Part shown: piece after piece, positions 48,454 through 61,312 of the stretch
Numbering within the stretch: position 1 is the first letter of the stretch
Layout of the letters: each line of letters opens with the position of its first letter
The notes under the pieces: generated by a model
Seen by the model: only the letters and a program-made list of their open reading frames with translations
The model's database searches: none
What the model was told of the DNA's origin: nothing
Made by a program: the position numbers and the translations under genes
Assembly: GCF_018350175.1 (NCBI RefSeq)
Contig: NC_058368.1
Coordinates: forward strand, 37,822,001 to 37,886,000
Direction: 5' to 3'
Source of the DNA: Felis catus
Lineage: Eukaryota
Length of the DNA: 64,000 nucleotides

Positions 48454-50682
48454 AAAAATATTAAGTGAAAGCTTGGACCAAAATAAGCTAATTTTACTCT
48501 TTATCCAATATGTGTAGATAGCAACAGTAGATTTGCTGTCTCAAGGTTAAAACTGAAAATAAAAGATACATCCATGAGAAAAGCATACTGTTTCTTGAAA
48601 AGACTTCAACCTTGCCAAATTACTTAACAAGGAGAAAAGATACAATTAGACAATGGGAAAGCGTGCTAATTTTCATTCTTGTCTAGTTTAGGCTCATTAT
48701 CAGAATAAAGTGAATATTAAATAGGATGCCTTAGGCCTTAAGCTTATAAAAAAACAAGTTAGATTGTGAACTGTATATTGTTACATATTTCATATTGAAT
48801 TGCCTTGATCTACAACCTCAAGCTACCCTTCATCATTATTGCATACCTGATTTCTGCGAGAATACTATTAGTTATTCAAAGCATTATACATTTTACCATG
48901 ACTCAATGTATCATGTGTACCTTAAATTACCTGATAAGCTCTTCTAAATTTAAATAAACCCTAGAAAATCCTACTTCACTACATAACTAAATAAAGGTTT
49001 TAATGGAACTGAATTTGATCTGGAAGAGAAATAGGGGGATTATGCATCTATTTTTATTCTTATTTAGTATCTATAGTGATTAAATTTTTAAGCAAAAATT
49101 GCATTTAACTTTAATACTCATTAAATATATATTAATATATCAAATGCAAATTACATTGCCATTTTGTTTTAATATTATTTTCCAAAAATGTTGTCATTAC
49201 AATTTATAGATTCTTGTACAGATATAAAATATTTATCATGAATCCTTTTGTGTCGTATTTCCCTGAACTGCAACCCATTTGTGAGGGCTATGTGGGCTGA
49301 TATTCTAAAGCCCCTAGAACAATACCGGGCAATGTAGATGCATTCCTTAAATAACATTTATATGAATCAAGGAGATAAATAGTAACACAGTAATGCACTT
49401 TTCAAAAAGGGTAAAATTCTTCGAGTACACTGACCAAAGTCACCAAGATTTGATTTTCAAGGCTACGTAAAGTTTCTGATAATAAATTCTAAACCATGCA
49501 GAATATAAGTGGTTCCTTATTTCCCATAAAATTAACTTTGTTGGGAAAATCAAAAGGTACATCCAGTAATAATAGCATATTTCAGCTCATCTGCCAACAC
49601 CAGCACCTCATGATTGTGGGTCTTGAATAGTTGGATATATAACGTAGGAGAGGTATAAAAATAACACTTCTATTACTAAAAAGGCCTTATTAAACAATAG
49701 GGAATATACATCAGTTAGACAAGTGGTTTTATTAATACTGCAGCTTAGAAGTAATCAACTATATCCAGTTTTATATAACTGAATTAATACTGAACTCACA
49801 TGATGCTTCTTAGTTGTGGGGTATGGCAGCACTCGTCTGTCCCTGGTTAAGGAGTAAAGGATCTGCATTATTTCCTGACACAGCAAGCATGAACATCAGC
49901 ATATTTACCTGGGTGGACCTGGGATAGCTCTCATGCCCTTTGCAGTCACATGATGTGCCCAAATGAATTGTGACACGCACAGTAGGTTTGTGTAGCAGCT
50001 GCAAAAGCACTGAGCTGTATACAAGCAGAAAGAAATTCTGATGTGTTACCTTATCTCTCCAAGTAACTCACTGTGTGACCAACTATGACAAATGGCCCAG
50101 ATAAAGGAGTGGCCAGGGCCTTGATTGGAACATCCAAGAAAATGTAGAGGGCCACAGCAGGCACAGAGAAGACCCTGCCTCCCCACCAGGAATACCTAGC
50201 TAAGTACTCTATGTGCTACCCTGTATTTTATGATCTGTTTGCACTCTAGGTGGTGAGAAAATAATTCCCACTGGTCCAGGACCACCAAGAAATGTTTGGC
50301 CTGTTGATTTCCCTTGGTTCTTTCCTTGAACTTGGGCAATTCGTCTCAAAAGTACGTGGATTAATACACAGGCCGAAACTTGAGATTGCTTTCCAAATTT
50401 TTGTAATTCTCTTTGTGTCATACCCTCCCATAAGGTCTTCTGCCTTCCACATTCTATCTACCTAGGTCTTCCTGACTTCTGCCTATTCCTCCTCAACCTT
50501 GCAATTCTGCTGGCTCCTGTTTGGTTTCAGCTTTATAATGTGATGCCCTGTAAACTGTCTTCAGGCAATAAATTTGGGTAATTGTGGGTTCATTTTGCTT
50601 ACTCTCAGAGATCATGATTTTTGCTACTTGATAACTAATATCTGACATGTAGTGTTTCATCTGCATTAATGTATATTTTATG

Positions 50683-50852
50683 TTTTTCTTTCTTTTCTTT
50701 CTTGTCTTTTTTTTCTTGTCTTCCTGTCTTTCTTTCTCCTTCCTTCTCCTTCCTTCTTTTATCTTTTCTTCTTTCCTTTCCTCCTTCCTTCCTTCCTTCC
50801 TTCCTTCCTTCCTTCCTTCCTTCCTTCCTTCCTTCCTTCCTTCCTTCCTTCC
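50683..50852 (+). repeat. CT-rich low-complexity tract ending in (TTCC)n
   Basis: Read directly. Confidence 0.95.
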
Positions 50853-51335
50853 AAAGGATGTTAAGCCTCCTCCTGCTGATCCAGAAGTGGAAATTTCTGT
50901 TTTCTTGTGTAGATCAGCTATAAAGATTATTGATGAGAAGCGCTGCTATGTTACATCTATATTTTATTCTCCATAAATCAGAAATAATTAGATGCTATTT
51001 CCATCATTTTCCATGTTTGAGTCTGATACTTTAAGAAGAGTATTTGAAATTATACATTACTACAAGTTGTCTAGTATGTCTGCACCCTAGCTAGTAAGAT
51101 TTAATAATAAAGATTATCCTTTCGTGATACAGTGATACAGTGCAGTCTCAGAATCGGAAAACTTACCTTCAGTTGTGTGTGTCTGTGTGTGTGTGTGTGT
51201 GTGGTGTGTGTTTGTGAATCAAGCTCTATGTTTTCTTTTTCTTTACCATAATATTTATTCTTATTATGTCCACTCAGAAATTAGATCCTTTAGCATGTCA
51301 TTGAAACTGAGTAGCTAATGTCTTTTTGAGGAGTT

Positions 51336-51555
51336 TTTAAAATTTTTTTTAACATTTATTTATTTTTGAGACAGAGAGAGACAGAGCATGAACGGGGGAG
51401 GGTCAGAGAGAGAGAGGGAGACACAGAATCTGCAACAGACTCCAGGCTCTGAGCTGTCAACACAGAGCCCGATGCGGGGCTCGAACTCACGGACTGCGAG
51501 ATCATGACCTGAGCCGAAGTTGGCCGCTTAACCAATTGAGCCGCCCAGGCGCCCC
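51336..51555 (-). mobile_element. Young Can-SINE (SINEC_Fc-like)
   Basis: TSD tttttgaggagtt at 51323-51335 and 51557-51569. Confidence 0.97.
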
Positions 51556-52379
51556 GTTTTTGAGGAGTTCAAATACACTCTGAAATGTGAGGATAAGCTG
51601 TGTTTTACAGAAGTGATTTTCTTGGACAACTGAAAACTATGTTATGAGCTACAATTTAGGCAAGAAGTTTTCTCAATGGCATATTAAGAAGAAAAATTCA
51701 CCACAGAATGTTGGCTTTCAATGCGAAAGTGTCTTAACAATGGACATTAATACAACACACTGCATTAAAATAAAATGAAGAAATATGTTAAAAGATATTT
51801 GGTAAAACTGAAAGCACATTTTTGATAAAAGCTTATAGCCCACTACTAACAGAAGAATGCGTTGTTAACAAGATCCTTTAAATCATCAGTTCATATTATA
51901 TTCCACAATGAAACTGTTAGGCTCTTTAATTAAAATCTGCAATATGACAGATATACTTTCTAGTGCTATTATTAAAGAAATGAGATAAAGTTTAGTAAAA
52001 TGTATCAAAAGTATTACTATTGTAGATTATTTGAATGTCTGCCTAGACAATTGCAGAAAATAGGCAAAATTCTATAAAATACTATATAAAGTATAGTGAT
52101 GAGTTTGACACAAATGTGCCTAAAATTATCCATAACATAGCAACTATATATTAGAAAATATACGTGAAATACTCAAAAGCTAAGTGACGAGATTTGTTTT
52201 ATTAATAGAAAATATAGTTGTTTGACATTATGTAATGAAAATGTAAGTATTTTAAAGATCTTCATTATTAAATGAACCACTGTAAATTCATTAAAATGCA
52301 AGACAGACCAATGAAATTTAATGAAACACTACAAAAAGCTTAATGATTTGTGTTTAGACTTGTGTAAGAGCTATCCTTT

Positions 52380-52839
52380 AAGAAACTGCTACTTATGGAG
52401 TTTGGGATATAGTGTCAGAGAAGAATATCTACAACTACCTAAAAAATATATTTAAATAATTTCTTCCTTCCTTTCCACATGCATATCTGTGTTAGGCCAG
52501 AATTTTTACGTACATAAAACAACATGTCACAATAGATTGAATGCAGAAGCAAATATGCAAATTTAGTAGGAGTTTTTCCACTGATTCAGATCTTAAGGAC
52601 AATGCCATTGTTCCCACTAATTTTTGTTTTTTAAATATATTTATTGAATATATAAATATGTTATTTGTATTCATATGTGCTTATTTTTTTTAATGAATTT
52701 TTTAAGTTTTATTTTTAGTCCTAAGTTTTATACAGTTGCTAATAATAGATATAACCCACATAAACAATATCCTTTTGGGTCCTCAATAATTTCTAAGAAT
52801 ATAAAGTGGTCATGAGACTAAAGTGTTTGACAGGTGCTG
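52380..52839 (+). mobile_element. Charlie1-like hAT transposon 3' end
   Basis: agaagaatatctacaact; aatagattgaatgcagaagcaaatatg; tagatataacccacataaacaa...gggtcctcaataattt. Confidence 0.85.
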
Positions 52840-53239
52840 TCATAAAATAACAATAATATACTTTTAGCAGGACTGCTGGCAGAATGTACTTAGCACAGAA
52901 TCAGATAGTGCTTTTTATACTATATTTTTTGTTTTCTTTTGTAATCATAATAGTCACAGTATTCCCTTACATGAGGATAATTGCTTGAGACTGATACATT
53001 TATGGATTCTTGAGTCCCATCAAAATGCATTAAGGAAATGTTACAGGATTATCATTCATTATAAAGAGCAAGCCTTAAACATTTTATTTCCAATATTATT
53101 TGGAGCCAATATGAGCTACAACATCTATGCCTTTTGGGTATTTAAGTTACAAGTTTTCTGCTACATAATATCTATTACTGCTAACCATTCCTTGCATTGG
53201 TCTATCTTCCCTTCAAAATTCAATACCCAAGATATAAGC

Positions 53240-53460
53240 AAGAGCCAGTGTTGTAGAAGAACCATGTATTGGCTGCCAGTGGGCAGATTTGACACTTGGG
53301 GATTGTAAATTCTACCTTCCCTTCCAAGGACAAGTGAGTATGACCGGGGCTTGGCACCATTTGCTTTAATATCCTTCTCTATAAAATGGGAATGATGCTA
53401 ATGGTTCCCTGTGGTGCTCTGAGAACGGAAGGTTACTCAAGTAGGACTGTGAAATGCTCA
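53240..53460 (+). mobile_element. MIR remnant
   Basis: Core-like ccttctctataaaatgggaatgatg. Confidence 0.5.
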
Positions 53461-54329
53461 GATTTGAAGTGTCACCCTGCAGCGGGGTATTTAGAATTTG
53501 TAGAATTGTGAAAGGACAAGTCAGTTTAAAAAAGATGATCATCACAAATGGGATTCTTTTTATGGAAAGAACTTTAAATATTGAGTCCCGTTCAGTCCTG
53601 GAACTAGAGAAGTTTTGTACTTACTGTTAGGTTATTGGTTATTGAATATAAACAATAGGTAATAACAATATATGTGATTGAGTATTAACGATATTCAAAC
53701 CTAAACAAAAGGATGCCAGGACTATTATTTGGTTCTTCTAAGAAACTGTGGGTGTTGGGATAATATATTAACTGAACATGATTTTGTGGTACGTACCTGA
53801 ACAAAAGGCTCCCCAAAATTTTGCTCACGTTTGCATGCAGCTGGACCCAGTTAGGGATATCCCATCTATGCCAGGACATAGATCTAGTCACAGTGGGCTT
53901 TGGATTTTCTCTCATACCTTAAGACACAAATGACCTGGCCTGTGTATTTATGCTAGATGAATCTGATGGGGACATGACTTAGACTTAGCCCTGCTTGTGG
54001 AGGAAGGGACATGAGGAGAGAAAAGAAAAACAGGTGCCTCTTCTGAGATGAGGTTTACTATGACAGATAACACGTGGCATCTAAAGGAAGCACACTAGCA
54101 GATGAATTTCTAGCCATGACATTAAAATTCAGGGAAACTTGAAATAGAGGAATTTCAGTAGGCAGGTGTGGAAGTAATCAGTGGGAAATAGTGGGAAGAC
54201 TAGGAAACAATTAGTAGAAGGGGTATTTTTCTGCACTGTTTAATTAAGGTCTTCAACCCTTATTGTAATTATCAGAGATATATTCAAATCAGTAATAACG
54301 CTCTTGATAATTTTTTTTATCTTACCGAT

Positions 54330-54530
54330 ACCTTTCTATAATCTAAGCACCACTCTAGGTATTTTATAAGCATTAGCTTATTTAAAACTCCTAACCACTT
54401 ACATGGACAAGAAAATGAGGCACAAAGTGTTGTTTGCCCACAGTCAGAGGTTAAGTGTGAGAATTATTTACTGTGTCTTAATTTAAATCCTTGTGAATTT
54501 GACACCAACGTTGATGTTTTTTCCACTGCA
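54330..54530 (-). mobile_element. MIR remnant
   Basis: aagcaccactctaggtattttataagcattagcttatttaaaactcctaacc...aaaatgaggcacaaag. Confidence 0.6.
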
Positions 54531-54753
54531 GTAAAGTGTATCCAGAATCATCAGCATCATTTTTTAAATGTAGAAAATTACAGATTTTTAAAATGTTGAC
54601 TTGAAAATACCTCAAACAATACCTGGCCAATGGAGTTGCTTCCACTGAAAAGTTTAAAGTTTTCAGAAAAGCGGCAACATCAAAATGACCTTCTCTTGGG
54701 GGATGTGAGGAGGGGATTAATCATAGATATATTTTCCAAAAGCTATGAATCAT

Positions 54754-54923
54754 TGAGGTAGACAGAATAATGGCCCCCACAGATACCCACATTCTAAATC
54801 CCGGAACCTGTGAATATGTTACCTTACATGAGAAAAATGACTTTGCAGACGAATTAAGTTAGTGTCTTCCTGCAGGAAGAGTATCCTGGATTATCTGGGT
54901 AGTCCAATGTAATTGCAAGGATT

Positions 54924-54974
<51 letters not shown>

Positions 54975-55535
54975 TTTGAGTTTTTATTTAAATTCTAGCT
55001 AGTTAACATGTAGTGTAACATTAGTTTCAGGAGTAGAATTTAATGATTCATCATTTACATATAACAGCCAGTGCTCCCCCCCAAAAAAGTGCCCTACCCA
55101 TTTATCCCATCCCCCCCACCCACTTCCCCTCCAGCAACCCTCAGTTTGTTCTCTCTTAAAAAAAAGAGAGAGAGAGGGAGGCACACCATAGAAGAGACTC
55201 TTAATCACAAGGATCTTTGTAAGTGAAAGAGGGAGGCAGGTGAGTCAGAGTTAGAGGAGGAAATGTAGCAGCAGAAGCAGAAACTAGAGTGATGGGATTA
55301 CTGGCTTTCAGGATAGAGGGAGGTCTGGAGCCAAGAAATGTGGGCAGAAGGTGGAAGAGATAAGTAATAGATTTTCTTGTAGAAGCTACAGAATTCAGCC
55401 CTGTAGAGACCTTGACTTTTGGCCCATAAGACCCTTCAGATCCCTGATCTCCAGAATTGTAAGTAATAAATTTGCATTGTTATTAAGTCACTAAATTTGT
55501 GGTAATTGGTTATAGCAACAAGAGGAATCCAATAA
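54754..55535 (+). mobile_element. MaLR LTR (MLT1D-like), split by a short L1 insertion
   Basis: cagaataatggccccca...cccggaacctgtgaatatgttaccttacatg...ctggattatctgggt; resumes gaaagagggaggcagg...aataaatttg...aaatttgtggtaatt. Confidence 0.92.
54923..55202 (-). mobile_element. Short carnivore L1 3' UTR insertion with inverted 5' segment and (GT)n on the tail side
   Basis: Antisense 3' UTR at about 54975-55155, sense-oriented piece at 55158-55202. Imperfect TSD aattgcaaggat / aatcacaaggat. Confidence 0.82.
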
Positions 55536-56553
55536 GTACATTCAAATACCAATATTAACATCTTGCTTACAAATTGTCCCAATTCATTTTGAGTTCTTAA
55601 GCCTTGGGTTCTGGATGGCTGGAGTAGACATTTGGCCTCCTGGTGAAACTAATACCACTTAATCTCTGCTGTGGTCTCTGAAAATACTGAATATTGGATT
55701 TTGCAAACATTGTTTTACCTGAACGTATTATCTTAAGAACTAAGGATTGAATTGTTTCCTAAACTGCACAGATCTTGGGTCACTGCGATGAAGATCTAGT
55801 ATGTTCTTTTAAGGCTTTAGACTCTTTAAAAGTGAGGCTACTGAGGAATTTGCAATTAAATGAATACCACGCCCAGGACCCCAAAGGAACCATACCTATT
55901 CAGTAGGATGGAAAATTCAGGCACAATGCTACTGATAGTCCTAGTTCTAGTCAGGGATGAGGAAACCCCTGGCAGACACTGAGATAAGAAATTGTGGACT
56001 ATTTTGGATTTTATGTAATTTAGGTCTTTGGCTATGTGGCTTTTGATACTCCCAAGTTTAAAGCAAATGGTCTTGAACTTCAATTCCTTTGATCTTTGAA
56101 TTTTAATTTTCAAAGCGATTATTTTTTATTTATCCTTCAGAAACATATAACAGGAAGGGACTTATATTTAAATTTGGTCCATCTCTGTATTAATTGCACA
56201 TTATTGTTGGAGTATATGTTTCATCTTAGTTTGGCCTTTTATTTTCAGTTTTATGTGAGCCTTTGCTTAAACTGTAAGAAAAACAGCTTGAGAGTATACT
56301 TACAGAGTTCTGGATAATGCCTGTAATCTACCCTGTGCAGCTGGCTAACTAGGAAAATGTGGGGACTACTGTCGCAAATTGTGCACCATATCAGACAACA
56401 TGCTCTAGTGGATTTGCATTTCCTTATTTCTAGAGGTCCTCATCCTACATATGATAGTTTCATCATTTCTTTTGTGGTTCAGACAGTGTAGACTAAGTTG
56501 ACAATCCACAAGCTTGCATATGTTATTATAATGATACACATTCTCTGAAACAG

Positions 56554-56556
<3 letters not shown>

Positions 56557-56635
<79 letters not shown>

Positions 56636-56646
56636 GTATATATATA
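56557..56646 (+). repeat. (TA)n(CA)n microsatellite
   Basis: Read directly. Confidence 0.96.
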
Positions 56647-56865
56647 TTTTTTTAATTTTTTTAATGTTTATTTATTTTTGAGACAGAGAGAAACAGAGCA
56701 TGAATGGGGGAGGGGCAGAGAGAGAGGGAGACACAGAATCGGAAGCAGGCTCCAGGCTCTGAGCCATCAGCCCAGAGCCTGACGCGGGGCTCGAACTCAC
56801 GAACTGTGAGATCGCGACCTGAGCTGAAGTCCGATGCTCAACCAACTGAGCCACCCAGGCGCCCC
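56647..56865 (-). mobile_element. Young Can-SINE at the tail of an older SINE
   Basis: Full SINEC_Fc-like body ending caggcgcccc, directly followed by a second SINE tail. Confidence 0.96.
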
Positions 56866-56866
56866 G

Positions 56867-57060
56867 TATTTTATTTTTTTAATGTTTATTTATTTACTTT
56901 GAGAGCAAGAGCACCATTAGGGGAAGAGCAGAGAGAAAGAGAGAGAGTGTGCCCCAAGCAGGGTCCATGCCAATGCCGGGCTCAATCCCATGAACCTGAT
57001 CATGACCTGAGCCAAAATCAAGAGTTGGACATTTAACTAAGTGAGCCACCCAGGTATCCC
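56867..57060 (-). mobile_element. Older Can-SINE
   Basis: catgacctgagccaaaatcaagagttggac...gagccacccaggtatccc. Confidence 0.92.
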
Positions 57061-58751
57061 TTCTTTTTTCTTTTTTAAGTGAATCTTTCATTTCTTTTCT
57101 AAAGCTATGTAGATATCCTACTCTGTACCATATAATCTTATATGTTGGACAGTGGGAAAGGAAAATAGGAAAACTTGGCCTTGGCATGGATTAATTAGAA
57201 TAGAGTTCTGATCCATGGTAGAATGTGCTAGAAACAAGTTGTGGAGCATCCACCAGAACTCCCAGGAAGATCATTGGGAAACAGACTCCTCAATGACTGC
57301 AGAAAACCATCGACTTACTATTGATAGATTGGCAAAAATGACTGGGAATTCTGTGCTGAGCTATTTTTTTTTATTCCTTTTGAGAGAAAGCGCCCACAGT
57401 TTTTTTCCCCTTTTTTCCTCCATGTAGTCTTACAGGGGTACCTGTCCACATCAGGAAATTCTAATTCCACAAAGTAGTCTACAGATAGAAACAACTATTC
57501 CCAACCTGGTATCTATTTGTATAAAGGTGATATATCAGCCTCCATTTTTAACTCTTTGTTTGATCTATCAACTTATTCAGACATGGACAGGGAAGAAGAG
57601 TGCCATTTACTGGGCCTACTTCAGAAATTCCAACATGGTTTGTTGCCAAAGACTATAAAGTTAAAATACAAGTCATGTACAGTATTTTAAACCAGACCAT
57701 AAAGGGTTATAAAAGCGAGGGAGGGTACCCAGACATGTGCACACACATGTGCGCGCGCACACACACACACTCCCATTATGGATGTTAATGGGTTTGTGTG
57801 TGCTTTTAATTGAGGTATATTACTCCTTTGAGCTACTAAACTCCAAAAAAATTATATGGTTACTGAAGAAAAAGCTAAGGATAGAGCTTGCTCAGGAGTA
57901 TGATGGCAATCTCATCAGAGGGAACCTATTACAAAGGCCAGAAGCAAGACAGAATAAGTGGTAAAGTGCATTAAGGAACAAAACAAACAAATAAACCAAC
58001 CCTGGTGGGAAGTCACTGGAAAATGGGCTTACATTTTGAATCAGAGTAATTTCCTGGAAACATCATTCTCCCTGTTTAAGTACCGATGCCATAAGGTTCA
58101 GTGACAAAATCTTTAGCAATATAGCAGGTTTTCTTACATTGGTTTCTTGATCCATGCTGGCACATTTGCACAATATGATGCCCTAGTGTTAATGGGGAGT
58201 GCAGGGGGCAAGATCCATGTTAAGTGTTTTGCAGAGGGGAAACAGTCCACCTGTTAATGTAGAAAAGTGTATGCACAAACACTCAAAGTCCTATAGAGGC
58301 AGAAACTCATGGAGAAAGTACAGCAGGCAACATGCAGAGTCAGTGTCTAATTTCTGTCTTCTGTGCATCTTTCTCACTGCTGTGAATACACAATATTTCT
58401 AAAATTATTCCAATTTGGAGAAAAGTGCGTATGTGCAGGGATGAGTGTGAGATCAGGTCTATGTCATACTCGATGTAAAAAGAAGATAATATATATATTT
58501 TGGGAATTCAGGGTAAGACTGATTTCATTTCCCCAAAGTACAGTACTCTGAAAATTCTCAGGGCCCTCCCATGGGATTTGTGTTCTGTATACTTCTCAAT
58601 TAAAGTCAGTCTTTAATGTTGTATTTTTGATGTAATTTAGCACCACGCTGATGTGCTATATAGATTCTGAAAATTATGACGCATGTTTAAAGCCTCTGAA
58701 CATGGTCCTATATCTTGCATAATGTAAGCCGAAGGTAACTGAAGCTGCCTT

Positions 58752-58993
58752 CATAGTATAGTATGTATAATAAAGTATATATAGTATATTAAGGTATACT
58801 ATAGTACATACTGTAAATACTATATACAATGTATATACTGTATTCTAATATGTCTACACTATACTACATATATACCATACTGTATATATATACTATACTA
58901 TGTAAATACTATACTATACTATACTATGTATACTGTATGTATACTATACTATACTATACTATACTATACTATACTATACTATACTATACTATA
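58752..58993 (+). repeat. Degenerate-to-perfect (TATAC)n pentamer repeat
   Basis: Perfect (ATACT)n at 58941-58990, degenerate upstream. Confidence 0.93.
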
Positions 58994-58994
58994 G

Positions 58995-59172
58995 CGGCAT
59001 AGTTTAACAGTAACAAGAACAGACTTCCTGAGATTAATGCCTGCCTCAGTCACACCCAAGCTATGGTATAGCAGGTAAATTTGTACCTTATTTTCCTTAG
59101 TCCAAAAATTGAAATAAAAGTAGTTGTTCTTATCTCATAGGGTGACTATAAGGATGATGGGGTTTAATATTT
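58995..59172 (+). mobile_element. MIR remnant
   Basis: gaacagacttcctgagattaatgcctgcctc...cttatctcatagggtgactataaggat. Confidence 0.6.
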
Positions 59173-59949
59173 ACAGTCACTCTTTGTCACAAATGAGTGA
59201 TTTACATGTGTTGAATTGATTTTAAAAATTAATGCTCTAGGAAGAGTCCCATGCCACCTTATGGGAATTTCTGTGATCTGAAAACCTGGTTTAGTCCTCT
59301 CATATGTATCATCGTAATTTATATTTCTCCTTTCATAAAAATTTTTAATCTAGTAAATTTTTATGTATCATTCACTTCTAAATAGGGTATCAGCTCCAAG
59401 ATAACAGAGGCATTATTTGTTACTTGTCGATTACTTAATGGCTAACACAGTGCATGACACAGGTAAATGATAAAAAATTGCTAAGATTACGCCTGATATA
59501 CACAAGTGATTGGAACAATACGCAGTAGGCACTCATTTTTTTGTTGAATTGAATAATTTCTACCCTAAATGACTCAGGCAAAATATCAGAAAGCTATTAA
59601 ATGCTTTCATGTGGATCACACGATGTGTTAATTGTAGTCATGAATGTAATGGAACCAATGCATAACGTTGCAAGAAAACAGCTTGAGAGCATACATATAA
59701 CCTGGGTTCTGGACAATTCTTCTTCCTTTCCTGCACAACAACAAAACTTCTAAAGGATACTAACAGATTTTTCAACTGGAACACCCAACATAAGAGAAGG
59801 GTCCTGATGGATTTGCAGGGTCAGGGCAATTCAGTATTTCTAGAGGCCCCACTCTTTAAGATTACATTTTTGTGTGTGATTTTTGGACACTGTAGACAAA
59901 TAGTCTACATACTTATATGCGTTTTTATGTCAGAATACATTTCTAAAAA

Positions 59950-60360
59950 GTTATAGTTTATTTTTACATAAACATACAGTAAACTATATTATTTTTAGTG
60001 TATAGTTCTATGAATTTAAGACACAAATACAGTCATGTAACCACTATGATCATCAGTATGAGGGAATATACCATCACCCAAAATACTCTCTCATGCTGTC
60101 CACTTGTAGTCACATCTCCTCTTACAACCCCTGACACCACTGATATGTTACTATACTTTTGTCTTTTTTGTTATTACACACAAATGGAATCATAGAAAAG
60201 TAACTTTCTGAGTCTACCATTCATACAAGGTGTTACCAAAGTCAGTAATTCACTCTTTTTACCGGTGAGGTTTGCTTTGAAGAGATTTTTCACTGTTTAT
60301 TTATTCTTCCACTGAAGATAATTTAGGTTGTTTCCAGTGTTGAGTAGTTATGAACAAATA
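59950..60360 (-). mobile_element. Diverged L1 (L1ME/MD-like) 3' fragment
   Basis: gtgtatagttctatgaattt...catgtaaccacta...ccatcacccaaaa...aaatggaatcataga...ggttgtttccagt. Confidence 0.7.
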
Positions 60361-60679
60361 ATTTTAGAGTATCTTTTAGGTACCGCGTATTCTTCTAGTG
60401 GAAGGGATACAGTGACAACAAGGGCAGAAAAGTTCCAATACCCATTATTCTTCAAGTCTATTGAGAAGTTAATTATTTTAATTTTTTCCCCCAAATCACA
60501 AAGTCAAATGTGTGGCTTAAAGTGTTTTCTAGATGCCTAAGATTTATTCCACTATATTTGAAAGAAGATAGCCAAAAGTTGAATTAAGACCAGTGAACCA
60601 TTCACTGTTTCTTAATCTGCATTATGGTTACATGCTACTAAAACATACAACAGAGTTTCTGTTTAGAGTTATGTATAAA

Positions 60680-60858
60680 GGGGTACCTGGGTGACTCAGT
60701 TAAGCATGCAACACTTGATTTTGGCTCAGGTCATGATCTCACATTTCATGAAATTGAGCCCTGTATCGGGCTTTCCACTGACAGCACAGAGCCTGCTTGG
60801 GATTCTCCCTCTCTCTCTCCCCCTCTCTCTGCTCCTCCCCTTCACTCTCTCTCTGCCT

Positions 60859-60893
<35 letters not shown>

Positions 60894-60930
60894 GCATCTC
60901 TCTGTCTCTTAAAATAAATATAAAAAAATA
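60680..60930 (+). mobile_element. Can-SINE
   Basis: Head ggggtacctgggtgactcagt. Imperfect TSD aga(g/a)ttatgtata. Confidence 0.93.
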
Positions 60931-60987
60931 AGAATTATGTATAGAAATTTTGCTTTGTTTTGTTCCGTTTTAAGATTATTGAGCATA

Positions 60988-61197
60988 GGGGCGCCTGGGT
61001 GGCGCAGTCGGTTAAGCGTCCGACTTCAGCCAGGTCACGATCTCGCGGTCCGTGAGTTCGAGCCCCGCGTCAGGCTCTGGGCTGATGTCTCGGAGCCTGG
61101 AGCCTGTTTCCGATTCTGTGTCTCCCTCTCTCTCTGCCCCTACCCCGTTCATGCTCTGTCTCGCTCTGTCCCAAAAATAAATTAGGAAAAAAAAAAA
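60988..61197 (+). mobile_element. Very young Can-SINE (SINEC_Fc)
   Basis: Near-consensus ggggcgcctgggtggcgcagtcggttaagcgtccgacttcagccaggtcacgatctcgcgg. Perfect 16-bp TSD aagattattgagcata (60972-60987, 61198-61213). Confidence 0.98.
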
Positions 61198-61234
61198 AAG
61201 ATTATTGAGCATAATCCATCATAATTTCAGAGGA

Positions 61235-61312
61235 AGGACCAGAGAACATGTATTTTGTTGAAGCCCTCCTAAGTGATTCTGAAGAACATTTTTAGTTAAG
61301 ATTGACTGCTCT
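61235..61312. mobile_element. MER5-like hAT remnant
   Basis: acatgtattttgttgaagccctcctaagtgattctga...actgctcta. Confidence 0.45.

Noticed and set aside
56120..56190. + strand acceptor tttttatttatccttCAG (56140) followed by TYNRKGLIFKFGPS
   Set aside because: No good downstream donor and the peptide is not recognised.
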